A DNA stretch of 64,000 nt from Candidatus Limnocylindrales bacterium (lineage in GTDB: Bacteria; Chloroflexota; Limnocylindria; Limnocylindrales; CSP1-4). Below the pieces are notes generated by a model. It did no database searches and had not been told where the DNA came from. It saw nothing but the letters and a program-made list of their open reading frames with translations. Below are positions 19,896 to 30,484 of the stretch, in pieces (position 1 is the stretch's first letter; every line of letters begins with the position of its first letter). A program made the translations under genes and the position numbers. Location: contig JBBRRZ010000004.1 in assembly GCA_038245845.1 (NCBI GenBank), positions 39,142 through 103,141 on the forward strand, written 5' to 3'.

Positions 19896-20242
19896 TCGAT
19901 GAACTTCGGAGCATGACCCCAGCCGAAATGGCATTGCTTGAGAAGTTGCTGAGTGTCGACTTTCCTGGGCGGGACGAACTGCACGCTCAGATCCAGTCGG
20001 CCGTCGTGTCGAAGATCGATGAGGACGGGAGCCTCGCGATTGCCGTCTCGCCGGACATTGCTGCTCCGGTAGACAGGCGTATTCCCGTGGAAGGTGAGGT
20101 TGAGGACGTCGATGGAGTCATGATTCACGTTCTGCTGCACGTCCTCGATGGTCGCGCGACGGAATTGGAGATCTTTCGCGAAGATCCGAAGCGCGTGATC
20201 ATGCCCATCGACGCTGACATTCTTCGCGTCGTGCTCTTCTAG
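19886..20242 (+). CDS. DUF6984-like small protein, probable orphan immunity protein
   Basis: RSMTPAEMALLEKLL...DGSL...VEGEVEDVDGVMIHVLLHVLDGRATELEIFRED pattern recalled for DUF6984; located in toxin locus. Confidence 0.65.
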   Translation: MGLIDELRSMTPAEMALLEKLLSVDFPGRDELHAQIQSAVVSKIDEDGSLAIAVSPDIAAPVDRRIPVEGEVEDVDGVMIHVLLHVLDGRATELEIFREDPKRVIMPIDADILRVVLF

Positions 20243-20474
20243 GCTCGGGATAGCGCAACCTCATGCTATGAAGTGGGCTGTGCTGGGTTTGATGGAGGCT
20301 CCAGGCTGCCCCCAGTTCCGGGGGGTCGAGTACTTGGAGATCAGGCCACCGACTGGGCTGATGTCGCGTCTGAACTCGATGGGGCTACGCCTGCAAAGCG
20401 CGGAGTGGTGACGTTCATTGCGGACGCATCGTGTTCGGTAGAGGACGTGTTCGGGCAATGGCTAGGAAGCTGAC

Positions 20475-21002
20475 ATGCTCTGGCTGAGCGCTTTGGTTGC
20501 CTTTGCATTGCTCGTGCTTGCCTACGTCCCATATGCCCGAGCCATGCGGCGTTACCTGCGGGCGACGGCGGAGGCCGGAGACCCTCGCGCCGAGGATCAG
20601 CGAATCGCGCCATCGTTTGGGCTTGGCTCTGAAGTCGGCCTCCTCCGAGTGCTCCGTGCCCGGACCTCGCTGACATGGACGTACAGCGACGATGCCAATC
20701 TTGAATCGCTGCGTCGGTCGGTCGTTCGACGGCAATTGCTGTTCTACGCCTCGTTCCCAGTTTGCATGGTTCTCGGCACTGTGATCGCGCTCCTCATCGG
20801 CGCTCTCGTGAAGCGCCTTCCGTCCAACGCAATTCCGACCGTCGATGTCGGGACGGTCTGGGGGGTTGCATTCGTCGCACTCATGATCCTGGCCTGCGTC
20901 AGAGAATTCGCCCGCCGCGCCCTCATAAGAGGCGCCATGTTTCTCGCCGCCGCAGTCATTGGGGTGGCAGCGCTCCTCATCCTGGTTTCCAACGCAGGCT
21001 AG
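20475..21002 (+). CDS. Hypothetical membrane protein (about 4 TM), possible orphan immunity protein
   Basis: Four hydrophobic segments; AGGAAG upstream; starts 1 nt after stop of a 66-aa ORF (20273-20473). Confidence 0.55.
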   Translation: MLWLSALVAFALLVLAYVPYARAMRRYLRATAEAGDPRAEDQRIAPSFGLGSEVGLLRVLRARTSLTWTYSDDANLESLRRSVVRRQLLFYASFPVCMVLGTVIALLIGALVKRLPSNAIPTVDVGTVWGVAFVALMILACVREFARRALIRGAMFLAAAVIGVAALLILVSNAG

Positions 21003-21102
21003 TTCGCCAAAATGAGACGCGATTGCCTGCCGCCTCGTGGAGTCATGAGGCATGCTCCCGTGTTGACAAGCGAGCCTCCAGGTGACGTGAGGATCTGACG
21101 GG

Positions 21103-22392
21103 CTATCGAGCTTCGATTGAGCGCAGGAACGCGTCGGCCTCTGCAACGGCAGCCTGCTGCAGTGTCCCGGCCACACCCAGCTCGATCGACGAACTGGCGA
21201 AAACGTAGATCCGGATCCGGAACACGTTCGAGGCTGTGGCGAGCACGGCTTCGATGCCCGGGGCAGGGCCGTCCTTCAGGATCCGCTGGCCGAGCACCGT
21301 CGCCCCGAGGTTCTTCGCCTCACCCGCGACGCCAGCTGCAGCGAGCTTCAACGCGCCCTGTTGCTGCACGTAGCCCGCCGGAAGGGCGAGGTCGACAACC
21401 GTGTAGGCAGCCCCCGACGGACCGGTTGCCCGCACGACCGTCTGATCCAGGTCGCCGAGGCCAGTGGTCTTGACCGTCCCGCTGGTGACGGTTGGCGCAC
21501 CGGGGATCCTCAGTCGGAAGGGGACAGAGACGAGAGTGACGTCGTGCAGATCGGGCGCCTCGGACGGTGCGTCGGTGCCGTCTGCCGGCGGTGGCATGGT
21601 CGAGCCCGGGACAAGCTCGAAGTCCGGCAATGGCCGACCGGCGCCGGTGTCCGAGAACGTGTATGTCGCGCTGCCTTCGGCGGCCGGCGGATCGGAAGGC
21701 GTCGCGCCCGAGATGGTCAGCGAGTACACGGCGGAGGTCGGAATGCCCGTGTCCGAGACGACGACCTCGACGCGGTCCGTCCCGGTCTGGGTCTTCTGGG
21801 CAACCTCGGGCGGATACAGGCTCAGCCCAGCGGCTACCCGGAGCCGGTGGCCGCCGGCAGCATCACGACCCAGGTCCTCGATGACGAGTGCGTGGCTGAA
21901 CGAGAACATCCCGTCGCCAAACAGGCGGGCCATCTCGTCGGTGGCATCACCGATGCTCCATCCCTTCGCGTCGAGGCTGAAGAGGTGGCCACCAACCACG
22001 CCCGTGCCGAACGGGGTGACCGATCCGTCGAACGTTTCCGTTCCCGCCTGGAGCACATCCGACCCGAGTCGCGCGGCGTCGAAGTCATAGCGGATCACGT
22101 GCGCATCGACGTGATACTCGGCGCTGATCGTCGCCCGCATCGATGGTTTGGGCGTTCTCGCGAACGTCAGGAACGCGTTGATGACGGCCTCGGGCGTCGC
22201 GTCGGCGGGCAGCATCGGCGAGGCCGACTCGGCGGGAGCAGGCGTGGGGGCAGCCGCCGTGCCGAGCGTTGGGGATGGGGTGGCCGCAGGCGTGGTCGCC
22301 GTTGGTGCTGCTGGTGACGGCCCCGTCGTACCGCACGCGGCCACGAGCAGGGCCGCAAGGAGTGTCGCCGCGATCCGGAGTTGCACGTCCAT
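21103..22392 (-). CDS. Putative lipoprotein with Pro/Ala/Thr linker and two globular domains
   Basis: MDVQLRIAATLLAALLVAA-C lipobox; AGGGG upstream; C-terminal part has a PsbP/DcrB-like pattern (weak). Confidence 0.75.
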   Translation of the reverse strand: MDVQLRIAATLLAALLVAACGTTGPSPAAPTATTPAATPSPTLGTAAAPTPAPAESASPMLPADATPEAVINAFLTFARTPKPSMRATISAEYHVDAHVIRYDFDAARLGSDVLQAGTETFDGSVTPFGTGVVGGHLFSLDAKGWSIGDATDEMARLFGDGMFSFSHALVIEDLGRDAAGGHRLRVAAGLSLYPPEVAQKTQTGTDRVEVVVSDTGIPTSAVYSLTISGATPSDPPAAEGSATYTFSDTGAGRPLPDFELVPGSTMPPPADGTDAPSEAPDLHDVTLVSVPFRLRIPGAPTVTSGTVKTTGLGDLDQTVVRATGPSGAAYTVVDLALPAGYVQQQGALKLAAAGVAGEAKNLGATVLGQRILKDGPAPGIEAVLATASNVFRIRIYVFASSSIELGVAGTLQQAAVAEADAFLRSIEAR

Positions 22393-22565
22393 CACCCCTT
22401 GGCGCGCGGCTCTCGAATGCCGACGGATCCTGCCCGCGCGTCCTCCTCGACAGTATCGCGCGACCGGGACCAAGTGGCGGCGACCGTTAGCGCAGGAGCG
22501 CGCGAGCCCGACCCGGCAGCCGATACGGGAGATCTGACGGATGCTCGGAGGAAAGTACGGGTTCG

Positions 22566-23207
22566 ATGTCAACGACTGAACCTCTTGCGGTCGAGACGCT
22601 GAGGATCCTCCGGCTCCGCAGCGAGTCGGGCCTGCGGGTTCAGCTCGCCATCCCGCCGCGGGTCACTCCACGTCAGGTCCTCAGCGGATCGGTCTCCCCG
22701 CCGCTCAAGGGAACGGTCCTTGAATCCGGAGGGCACGGCGATCTCGTCGGGACCTACTGGGGAACGTTGTACCTGGTATCCGAGCGCTTCGTCGCCGCGC
22801 TCGAAGGCAACCACATCACCGGCTGGCGTGTGGCTCCCGTCGTCATTGATGGGAGGCCGCCCGCGGCAGCGCTGTCGCTGCTCGTCATCACCGGCACAAG
22901 TGGCCCGATCCTCCGACCGGCCGCCGCACGGGCGCCTGACCACTCACGATTCGGCTTCTACCTGGACGGAGGCACGTGGGATGGGAGCGATCTCTTCCTG
23001 CCTCAGCACTCACGGGGGATTCACATCACGGCATCGGCTGCCAACCGGCTTGGGCAGATGCGCCTTCGGAACGTGGAGATCGTCCCGGCGGGGCTGCCCG
23101 ACACCGTTCGGCCATGGGTCGGAAGCGAGCCGATCGCCGCGATCGTGGTCGCGGTCGGGTTCGTTGGCCGTGGACCGACACGCTTCCACGACTCCGAAGA
23201 GGGCTGA
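22566..23207 (+). CDS. Imm11/DUF1629-like orphan immunity protein
   Basis: GDLVG...LVSERFVAALE...TGW...PV...LLVITG...WDGSDLFLP...ITAS...LRNVEI matches recalled Imm11-type pattern. Confidence 0.65.
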   Translation: MSTTEPLAVETLRILRLRSESGLRVQLAIPPRVTPRQVLSGSVSPPLKGTVLESGGHGDLVGTYWGTLYLVSERFVAALEGNHITGWRVAPVVIDGRPPAAALSLLVITGTSGPILRPAAARAPDHSRFGFYLDGGTWDGSDLFLPQHSRGIHITASAANRLGQMRLRNVEIVPAGLPDTVRPWVGSEPIAAIVVAVGFVGRGPTRFHDSEEG

Positions 23208-23219
23208 CGCGAGTTCGAC

Positions 23220-23861
23220 CTAGCGGACCACGCTGATCCCGGCTGCGTTCGCGGCTTGTTCGACGAGGTCCAGCCCGGGCGGTGAGCCCAGGGCGATCGG
23301 GCCCGAGATTGCCAGCAGATCCGTTTCGGGCACCCGATCTCCGAACAGCACGAGCGCCTGAGCCGTGTCGTCCTGTCGACTCGTCCACAGGAGGCCGCCA
23401 GGCTGCGCCGGACAGTCGTGCAGGGCGGCGGCCCATCGAACAGTCGAGGTGTACGTGAGGGGTCCACCGTCGATCAGATCCCGGCGACGGACGCCGACCC
23501 GCCGGAGCCCTGCGCCCGCAAGCTGTGCCACGTGGATCTCGCGCTGAGCGACGAGCGCCGAGAGCACGTACTCGGCCAACCGCGAGATGAGGATCCGCTT
23601 GGCGATACCGCGGTACGGGACGTCGTGGAAGATGGACTCGGAGAACGCCCCCGCAATCGACGATGACGCGTACAGCGTCGGCACGACGACGGGCGGGGCT
23701 CCGGCGAGGAGCGGGGCGAACCGACTCTGACCGCCCAGGCCCGGATTGAACTCGCTGGATCCGCGGCGCGCCGCATGGACCCGGAACAGGACCGTCCCCG
23801 CCGGGACGCTGGTCATCAGCGGATCAAGGTCCTCTGGCGCCGGCGGCAACCCAAGGACCAT
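23220..23861 (-). CDS. RES-domain toxin (NAD+ phosphorylase/ART-like)
   Basis: LFRVH (R), SRFAP, TLYASSSIAGAFSESIFHD (E), GLLWTSRQ (S), LVLFGDR. Confidence 0.9.
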   Translation of the reverse strand: MVLGLPPAPEDLDPLMTSVPAGTVLFRVHAARRGSSEFNPGLGGQSRFAPLLAGAPPVVVPTLYASSSIAGAFSESIFHDVPYRGIAKRILISRLAEYVLSALVAQREIHVAQLAGAGLRRVGVRRRDLIDGGPLTYTSTVRWAAALHDCPAQPGGLLWTSRQDDTAQALVLFGDRVPETDLLAISGPIALGSPPGLDLVEQAANAAGISVVR

Positions 23862-23865
23862 TCGA

Positions 23866-24501
23866 TCAGAACTCGGGCGCGCTCAGCTCGGCCCGTGCGG
23901 CGGCCACGAGGGCATCGGGATCGCTGTCAAGCAGCTCCAGTGGACGCCTGGAGCCCGGCAGGAATGCCGACGGCGTGGCGAACCACAGGGCGATCTCCCA
24001 ACCCGACGGGCGATCCCCGAAGGCCTCGAGGATCCGGGCGACGGCAGGACGGGGCGCTCCGTCGGCAAACTGGAAGGCCGGGTACAGGAGTTCGCCACTC
24101 CACGGGACGGCGAAGATCCGGCGCTCCGACCGCCACCGGCTTGCGAGCGCCGAGCTGTTCTTCGCCCTGGAGCCGGCGACCTGTGCCACCTCTGCGCCGG
24201 TCAGCGCCCCGACCTCGGCGAGGAATGCCGTCCGGAGGTCTGCATTCCGGAGCGCCTGGGCGACCGATGCCGGGCGGGGCAGGTCAAGGCGGCCACGAAG
24301 CGACTCGACAAGTCGCTCGAATGCGCCAGGGTCGCCGGCTCCGGCAGGAGGACGGGCCCTGGGCCCCGCGTCGGCTCCAACGGTGCCGTCCGTTGCCTCC
24401 CGCAGTGGGTCTGATTCCCGCTCCAGGCGCTCCACGACGGCAAGGAAGCCGTCGCCCTGCCCGCCCGAAGTGAGATGCATGACAGGACGCAGATCACTCA
24501 T
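23866..24501 (-). CDS. Antitoxin of RES toxin (HTH plus MbcA/ParS/Xre-like C-terminus)
   Basis: LTGAEVAQVAG...ASRWRSERRIFAV...LYPAFQF...GWEIALWFATP...RPLELL; directly upstream of the RES gene. Confidence 0.82.
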   Translation of the reverse strand: MSDLRPVMHLTSGGQGDGFLAVVERLERESDPLREATDGTVGADAGPRARPPAGAGDPGAFERLVESLRGRLDLPRPASVAQALRNADLRTAFLAEVGALTGAEVAQVAGSRAKNSSALASRWRSERRIFAVPWSGELLYPAFQFADGAPRPAVARILEAFGDRPSGWEIALWFATPSAFLPGSRRPLELLDSDPDALVAAARAELSAPEF

Positions 24502-24510
24502 GATGCTCAC

Positions 24511-24539
24511 ATCCTGCCACCGCAGCAGCCTGGAGTCAA
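24511..24539 (-). promoter_or_regulatory. Sigma70-type promoter of RES toxin-antitoxin operon
   Basis: TTGACT-17 nt-CAGGAT with TG extension on minus strand, 9 nt before ATG 24501. Confidence 0.55.
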
Positions 24540-24638
24540 CGGCTCGTCGTGCGCCCGCCTGCTGACGACGCGCATTGTCGACAACGGCTCGATACCATCG
24601 GCGGGCACAGCCGCACCCCCATCGGAGCCCGTCCACCC

Positions 24639-25760
24639 ATGAGCATCCAGCCCCTGCGCGTCGGCGTGATCGGCGCCGGCACCGTCGGCCGCGAGGTCGT
24701 CCGCGCGTTCCTCGAGCGGTCGTCGCGTCTCGTGCCGTCGGATGGGGCACCGCTCGTGCTCGTCGCGGTCGCGGAGAAGTTCACCGAGCGAGCGATCGCG
24801 AACGGGATTCCCGAGGCGCTGCTGACCGATGCGCCGGCGCACCTCGTGGTGAGCGGCGACGTGGACATCGTGGTGGAGACGATGGGCGGCGCGGAGCCTG
24901 CGCACACGCTCGTCGCAGCGGCGCTCCAGGCGGGCAAGAGCGTGGTGACGGCGAACAAGCACATCGTCGCCCACTACGGACCGGAGCTCGAGCGGCTGGC
25001 CCGCGAGGCCGGCGCCCCGTTCCGCTTCGAGGCGGCGGTGGGCGGCGGGATCCCGCTCCTGGGGCCGATCGCGCAGGACCTGGCGGCCAACCGGATCACC
25101 CGCGTGCGCGGGATCGTCAACGGCACGACGAACTACATGCTGACCGCGATGACGCGCGAGGGCCGCGCCTATGCCGAGGTGCTGGCCGAGGCCCAGGCGA
25201 AGGGCTACGCCGAAGCCGATCCGACGGCGGACGTCGAGGGGCTCGATGCGCTCAACAAGCTGGTGATCCTCGCCCGGCTGGCGTTCGGGGCGTGGATCGA
25301 CCCATCCGCGGTGTCCAACCGGCCGGGCACGACGACGGGTGCCCCGGGCCTGCCCGGGATCACCGGCGTGACCGCCGAGGACGTGGCCGCGCTCGCCGCC
25401 GAGGGTCGCGTGCTCCGGCTCATCGCCACCACCCGGCTCGCGGAGGATGGGGCGATCGAGGCGTCCGTGGTGCCGACGGCCGTCCCCGCAGACTCGCCGT
25501 TCGGACGCTGCGACGGGGTGCTCAACCGGGTCGAGGTCGACGGGCTGCCCGTGGGTCGGGTCGCCTTCGAGGGGCCCGGGGCCGGCGGTCCGGCCGCCGC
25601 GGCCGCGGTCCTCTCCGACCTCGTGTCGATCGCGCGCGGCCTGGGCTCCACGTGGGCGGGCTCGCCCGCCGCGACCGAGCGCTCGTCGATCGCCGTCCGG
25701 CCCGTGTCCGGCGAGTGCGTGGCCGCCCCGTCCGGCGCGTGCTACCCGGTTGGGGACTGA
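24639..25760 (+). CDS. hom: Homoserine dehydrogenase (no ACT domain evident)
   Basis: IGAGTVG, VVTANK, FEAAVGGGIP, GIVNGTTNY, GYAEADPTADVEGLDA, GPGAG. Confidence 0.95.
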   Translation: MSIQPLRVGVIGAGTVGREVVRAFLERSSRLVPSDGAPLVLVAVAEKFTERAIANGIPEALLTDAPAHLVVSGDVDIVVETMGGAEPAHTLVAAALQAGKSVVTANKHIVAHYGPELERLAREAGAPFRFEAAVGGGIPLLGPIAQDLAANRITRVRGIVNGTTNYMLTAMTREGRAYAEVLAEAQAKGYAEADPTADVEGLDALNKLVILARLAFGAWIDPSAVSNRPGTTTGAPGLPGITGVTAEDVAALAAEGRVLRLIATTRLAEDGAIEASVVPTAVPADSPFGRCDGVLNRVEVDGLPVGRVAFEGPGAGGPAAAAAVLSDLVSIARGLGSTWAGSPAATERSSIAVRPVSGECVAAPSGACYPVGD

Positions 25761-25766
25761 CCGCCG

Positions 25767-26848
<1,082 letters not shown>

Positions 26849-26852
<4 letters not shown>

Positions 26853-27835
26853 CGGCGCAGCGGTCCGGTCACGACGAGCGGTATGCGGCCCTCGTCGGGC
26901 GGCGGCTGACGGTCGTCGTCCCGGCGTCGTCGGCGAACCTCGGTGCCGGGTATGACTGCCTGGGCCTCGCGCTCGACCTCGTGAACCGGGTCACCGTCGA
27001 GGCGGTGGACGGGGACGGGGCGATCGAGCTCGTCGTGCGTGGCGAGGGGGCGGGCGACCTCGTGCCGTCGCGCTCGAACCGGTTCGTGGCGGGCCTCGAG
27101 GCGGCGCTCGCCGTGGAGCTGGGGCCCGTGCCCGCGTCGCTCGGCTGGCGGATCGAGATGGACAACGGGATCCCGCTCTCGCGCGGCCTCGGGTCGTCCG
27201 CGGCGGCGACGGTCGGGGGCGTGGTGCTGGGCGACGCGCTGGCGTGCGCCGTGGGTGCCGCACCCGTGAGCGATGCGCAGCTGCTCCAGATCGCGACGAC
27301 GATCGAGTCCCACCCGGACAACGCGGCGGCCGTGCTGCTGGGCGGGTTCGTCGTGTCGGCCCACCTCGCGGACCGGGTGGAGGCGATCCGGTTCGACGCC
27401 CCCGCGGGGCTCCAGTGCGTGCTGTTCATCCCGGACCGCCGGCTCGCGACCGAGGACATGCGCCGCGTCCTGCCGGCCGAGGTGCCGCTGCGCCACGCGG
27501 TCGAGAACCTGGGGCGGGTGGCGATCGGTGTCGCCGGTATCGCGGCCGGCCGGTTCGAGCTGCTCGCGGACCTCACGATCGACCGGCTCCACGAGCCGTA
27601 TCGGAGCGTGCCCTACCCGGAGCTGCCACGACTGACGATGGCGGCGCGCGAGGCGGGGGCGCTGGGCGCGTGCCTGTCGGGCGCGGGGTCCACGGTGCTC
27701 GCGTTCGTGGCCCCGGGCGCGGACCCGGCTCCGATCGAGGCGGCGCTGGCCGCGGAGGCGGCGGCGTGCGGATTCGACGGGCGGGTGCACGTGGTGGCGC
27801 CGCGGAACCACGGGCCGGAGATCGTCCGGGACTGA
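26849..27835 (+). CDS. thrB: Homoserine kinase
   Basis: [51 protein letters not shown]; ATGA overlap with thrC. Confidence 0.95.
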
Positions 27836-27875
27836 GGTTGGCTATCGTCCGTCGGCGTGCGGGCTCGGTGGACGT

Positions 27876-28577
27876 TTACTCGCCAGGGACTCGGACCCTC
27901 GGCGGCACGAGGCCCGGGGCGACGAACGGGTCGGGCTCCGGCTCGCCGGCAACCACGCGCAGCGGGATCACGCCGGCCCACGTCGGCCAGGTCTCGTCGC
28001 CGGGATCGTCGTGGTTCTCCTCGGCGCGGACCTTCGCGGATGCCTCGGTGAGGTCCATCCACAGGAGGGTCGTCGCCTTGCGCTCCTTCGGCGTCATCGG
28101 CCGCAGCCCGGCCCAGCGACCGGGGTACAGGCCCTCGATGAACGCCTCCAGCGTCGCGTCCACCTCATCTGCGTCCGACACGAGGTTCGCCGTCCCGAGC
28201 ACCATCGCCGAGCGGAAGTTCACCGAATGGTTGAACCCCGAGCGCGCCAGGACGTACCCGTCGAGCAGCGTCACGGTGACGCACACCGGCCGCCGGACGG
28301 TCGCCCGGAGCATTCGGCTCGCGCTGGACCCGTGCCAGTAGAGGCGGTCGCCCACGCGCCAGGCGATCGTCGGCGTCGCGTATGGCTGCCCGTCGTCGCC
28401 CGTCCAGCCGACGTGGGCGATCACGCCGGCGTCGAGGACCGCGTCCAACGACGCGCGGTCGTACCGGCCCCGCTTCGGCAGGCGCCGGACGCGGGTCCGA
28501 TCGCTCGGTGGCCGGGCGGCGGCGGTGTCGTCCGCGGTCGTCGCCTCGTCCGCGTATTCGACCTCGTCCCCGCTCAC
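27876..28577 (-). CDS. Pyridoxamine 5'-phosphate oxidase/NimA-family flavin-binding protein
   Basis: RLPKRGRYDR, LYWHGSSASRML, LLDGYVLARSGFNHSVNFRSAM, WAGVIPL. Confidence 0.9.
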   Translation of the reverse strand: MSGDEVEYADEATTADDTAAARPPSDRTRVRRLPKRGRYDRASLDAVLDAGVIAHVGWTGDDGQPYATPTIAWRVGDRLYWHGSSASRMLRATVRRPVCVTVTLLDGYVLARSGFNHSVNFRSAMVLGTANLVSDADEVDATLEAFIEGLYPGRWAGLRPMTPKERKATTLLWMDLTEASAKVRAEENHDDPGDETWPTWAGVIPLRVVAGEPEPDPFVAPGLVPPRVRVPGE

Positions 28578-28804
28578 CGGCGGTAGACGACCCAGAACAC
28601 GACGCCTGCGGCCGGGGGCGCATACCCGTAGCCGGGCGCGACCGGGGCGGGCATCGAGGTCGGCACGGCGCCGATGGTGCCGATCCGCCAGCCGTCGGGT
28701 GCGCGTCGGGCGGCGTCCGCGGCGACCCAGTCCCAGAGCGCGTCGCCCATCGTGGTGTCGGCCGTGACCAGCAGCTGGTCGTCGCCGATCAGTCGTTCCT
28801 TCAT
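28574..28804 (-). CDS. Small hypothetical protein (76 aa)
   Basis: AAGGAGGGG RBS; stop overlaps start of next gene (GTGA). Confidence 0.7.
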   Translation of the reverse strand: MKERLIGDDQLLVTADTTMGDALWDWVAADAARRAPDGWRIGTIGAVPTSMPAPVAPGYGYAPPAAGVVFWVVYRR

Positions 28805-28928
28805 GACCCCTCCTTGGGTGGGATTGCTGCGGCCAGCGTACGCGCCGCGGGGCGGGGGCGGGTCCCGGAATCGAACCGCGCCGACGGATGGGCGCCGGCG
28901 CGGAGGAGCGTGGTGGGCGGGGCAGGCG

Positions 28929-29390
28929 TCAGCTGCAGCCGCCGCTCCAGTGGTCGACGACGGTCTCGAAGTCGGACTGGCGCCAGACGACCTGGATCGA
29001 GCATCGCTCGTCGCCGGCTCTCGTCTTCGTGTGGGACACCTGCTGGACCGTGTAGCTGCCGTCGGCACCCATGCTGAACTTGTCCAGCGACACGACGACG
29101 CTCTCGCCGACCTGGACGCCGTCCTGGTACGCGACCGTGCGGAAGCGCTCGGTGACGACGACCGAGCTCCGGCCGGCGTTGTCCACGTACCGGGCCTTGC
29201 CCGAGATGTCGAAGCAGTACTGGATCACGACGTCATCGAAACACCACGACGCGGCGAGGTCCTGGGTCGACGCGGCGCCGTTCGAGGACGCGGCGCCGTC
29301 CGGGGACGCGGCGAGGGCCGACGAGGCGCCGGCGAGGGTGATCGCGGCGATGGCGAAGATGGGCGTGAGGATCCGGGCGATGTGGCGCAT
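28929..29390 (-). CDS. Small secreted beta-rich hypothetical protein with 4 Cys
   Basis: Signal peptide MRHIARILTPIFAIAAITLAGASSALA; high-GC codon bias. Confidence 0.7.
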   Translation of the reverse strand: MRHIARILTPIFAIAAITLAGASSALAASPDGAASSNGAASTQDLAASWCFDDVVIQYCFDISGKARYVDNAGRSSVVVTERFRTVAYQDGVQVGESVVVSLDKFSMGADGSYTVQQVSHTKTRAGDERCSIQVVWRQSDFETVVDHWSGGCS

Positions 29391-29419
29391 TCGGCGGTGC
29401 ACCAGCGATGCGGTAGCGG

Positions 29420-30163
29420 TCAGCGACGGCGGGCGACGAAGATGAGCTCGGGGCTGCCGGGGGACGCCGGGCTCCGATCCCAGTCTCCATGGACCGTCTG
29501 GACCGTGAAGCCGGCCCGGTCGAGTGTCGACTCGACCTCGTCCCGCTCGCGGAAGCGCAGGGTGCTCCGTGACACCAGCTCGCTGCCGTCCGTGGCGAAC
29601 ACGCTGTGCGCGTCGAACGTGACTCGCTCGTGCGTGGCGTCGACGAGCTGCACCCACGAGTCGAAGCTCGAGCCGTCCTGCAGGCGGAACGTGCCGAAGC
29701 TGGCCTCCCTCGTCCAGCCGCGCCACGTTTCGGCCGCCGGGTTTCGCGTCTCGAAGGCGAGGTGGTCTCCCCGCCGCACGACTCGGCTGACCTGGGCCAG
29801 CAGGCCGTCCCAATTGGCCTCCTCGACGAAGACCTGCGCGACATGCCCCGTCATGACAACCAGGTCTGCCGAGGCTGGGGACAGGGCCGAGGCCTCGCCG
29901 TGAACCCACGCCACCGTCTCGCTGCCTGGCCGGCTCTGGGCGATCGACAGCATGGCCGCGGCTGGGTCGACGCCGGTCACCGTGCACCCGGCGGCGGCGA
30001 GGTCGCAGGCGAGCACTCCCGTGCCGCACCCGACGTCGCTGACACGGCGCGCGCCGAGCTCGTGTGCCAGCGCAACGTAGAAGTCGACGTCGTCTCGACC
30101 CGAGTTCTCCGCATCGTAGGTCGCGGCCAGCCGGGGGTCGGCGTAGCCAAGGTCGGGAGTCAC
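29420..30163 (-). CDS. Class I SAM-dependent methyltransferase
   Basis: VSDVGCGTG, VTGVDPAAAML, ADLVVMTGHVAQVF, LAFETRNP. Confidence 0.9.
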   Translation of the reverse strand: MTPDLGYADPRLAATYDAENSGRDDVDFYVALAHELGARRVSDVGCGTGVLACDLAAAGCTVTGVDPAAAMLSIAQSRPGSETVAWVHGEASALSPASADLVVMTGHVAQVFVEEANWDGLLAQVSRVVRRGDHLAFETRNPAAETWRGWTREASFGTFRLQDGSSFDSWVQLVDATHERVTFDAHSVFATDGSELVSRSTLRFRERDEVESTLDRAGFTVQTVHGDWDRSPASPGSPELIFVARRR

Positions 30164-30285
30164 AGGGGCTTCATCACCCCAGGATTGTCGTCGATCATCC
30201 ACCGTGGCGGGCTCCAGCGGCAGGTTCGTTCGCCGTGGCCAGTCCGCGGTTGTCCGGGTTGACGCGCGCCCCCACACTGCTCGCG

Positions 30286-30471
30286 ATGGATGGTCTTGGG
30301 CGGTCGGTCGGTGACGGGATCACGGGGCTCGTGGGCGGTGCGCTGGCCGGGATCGGCGCGGCGCTGTCCGGGATCGTCGACTCGCTGGGTCGGGCGCTGC
30401 CGCAGGGCGCGCTGCCGGTGATCGGGGCGGCGTTCGTGATCCTGGTGGTGATCGCGCTGCTTCGGCGGTAG
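30286..30471 (+). CDS. Small membrane protein (61 aa)
   Basis: Gly-rich amphipathic segment plus C-terminal TM ending RR; preceded by TTGTCC-17-CACACT 7 nt before ATG. Confidence 0.65.
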   Translation: MDGLGRSVGDGITGLVGGALAGIGAALSGIVDSLGRALPQGALPVIGAAFVILVVIALLRR

Positions 30472-30484
30472 CCCTGGTTCCGGG

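Noticed and set aside
20240-20473. Stop-codon readthrough of the DUF6984-like gene into the in-frame downstream ORF
   Set aside because: An open frame of this length is unremarkable at this GC content and the domain appears complete at the TAG
7150-24600. Integrative element with att sites, or T6SS/T7SS delivery genes
   Set aside because: Only a 7-bp TGTCGAC is shared near both ends (chance level); no integrase, tRNA, PAAR, VgrG or WXG100 gene seen
24540-24638. Thr leader peptide, T-box or lysine riboswitch upstream of hom, trpS or lysC
   Set aside because: No Thr/Ile-rich leader ORF or T-box consensus seen; trpS and lysC appear leaderless
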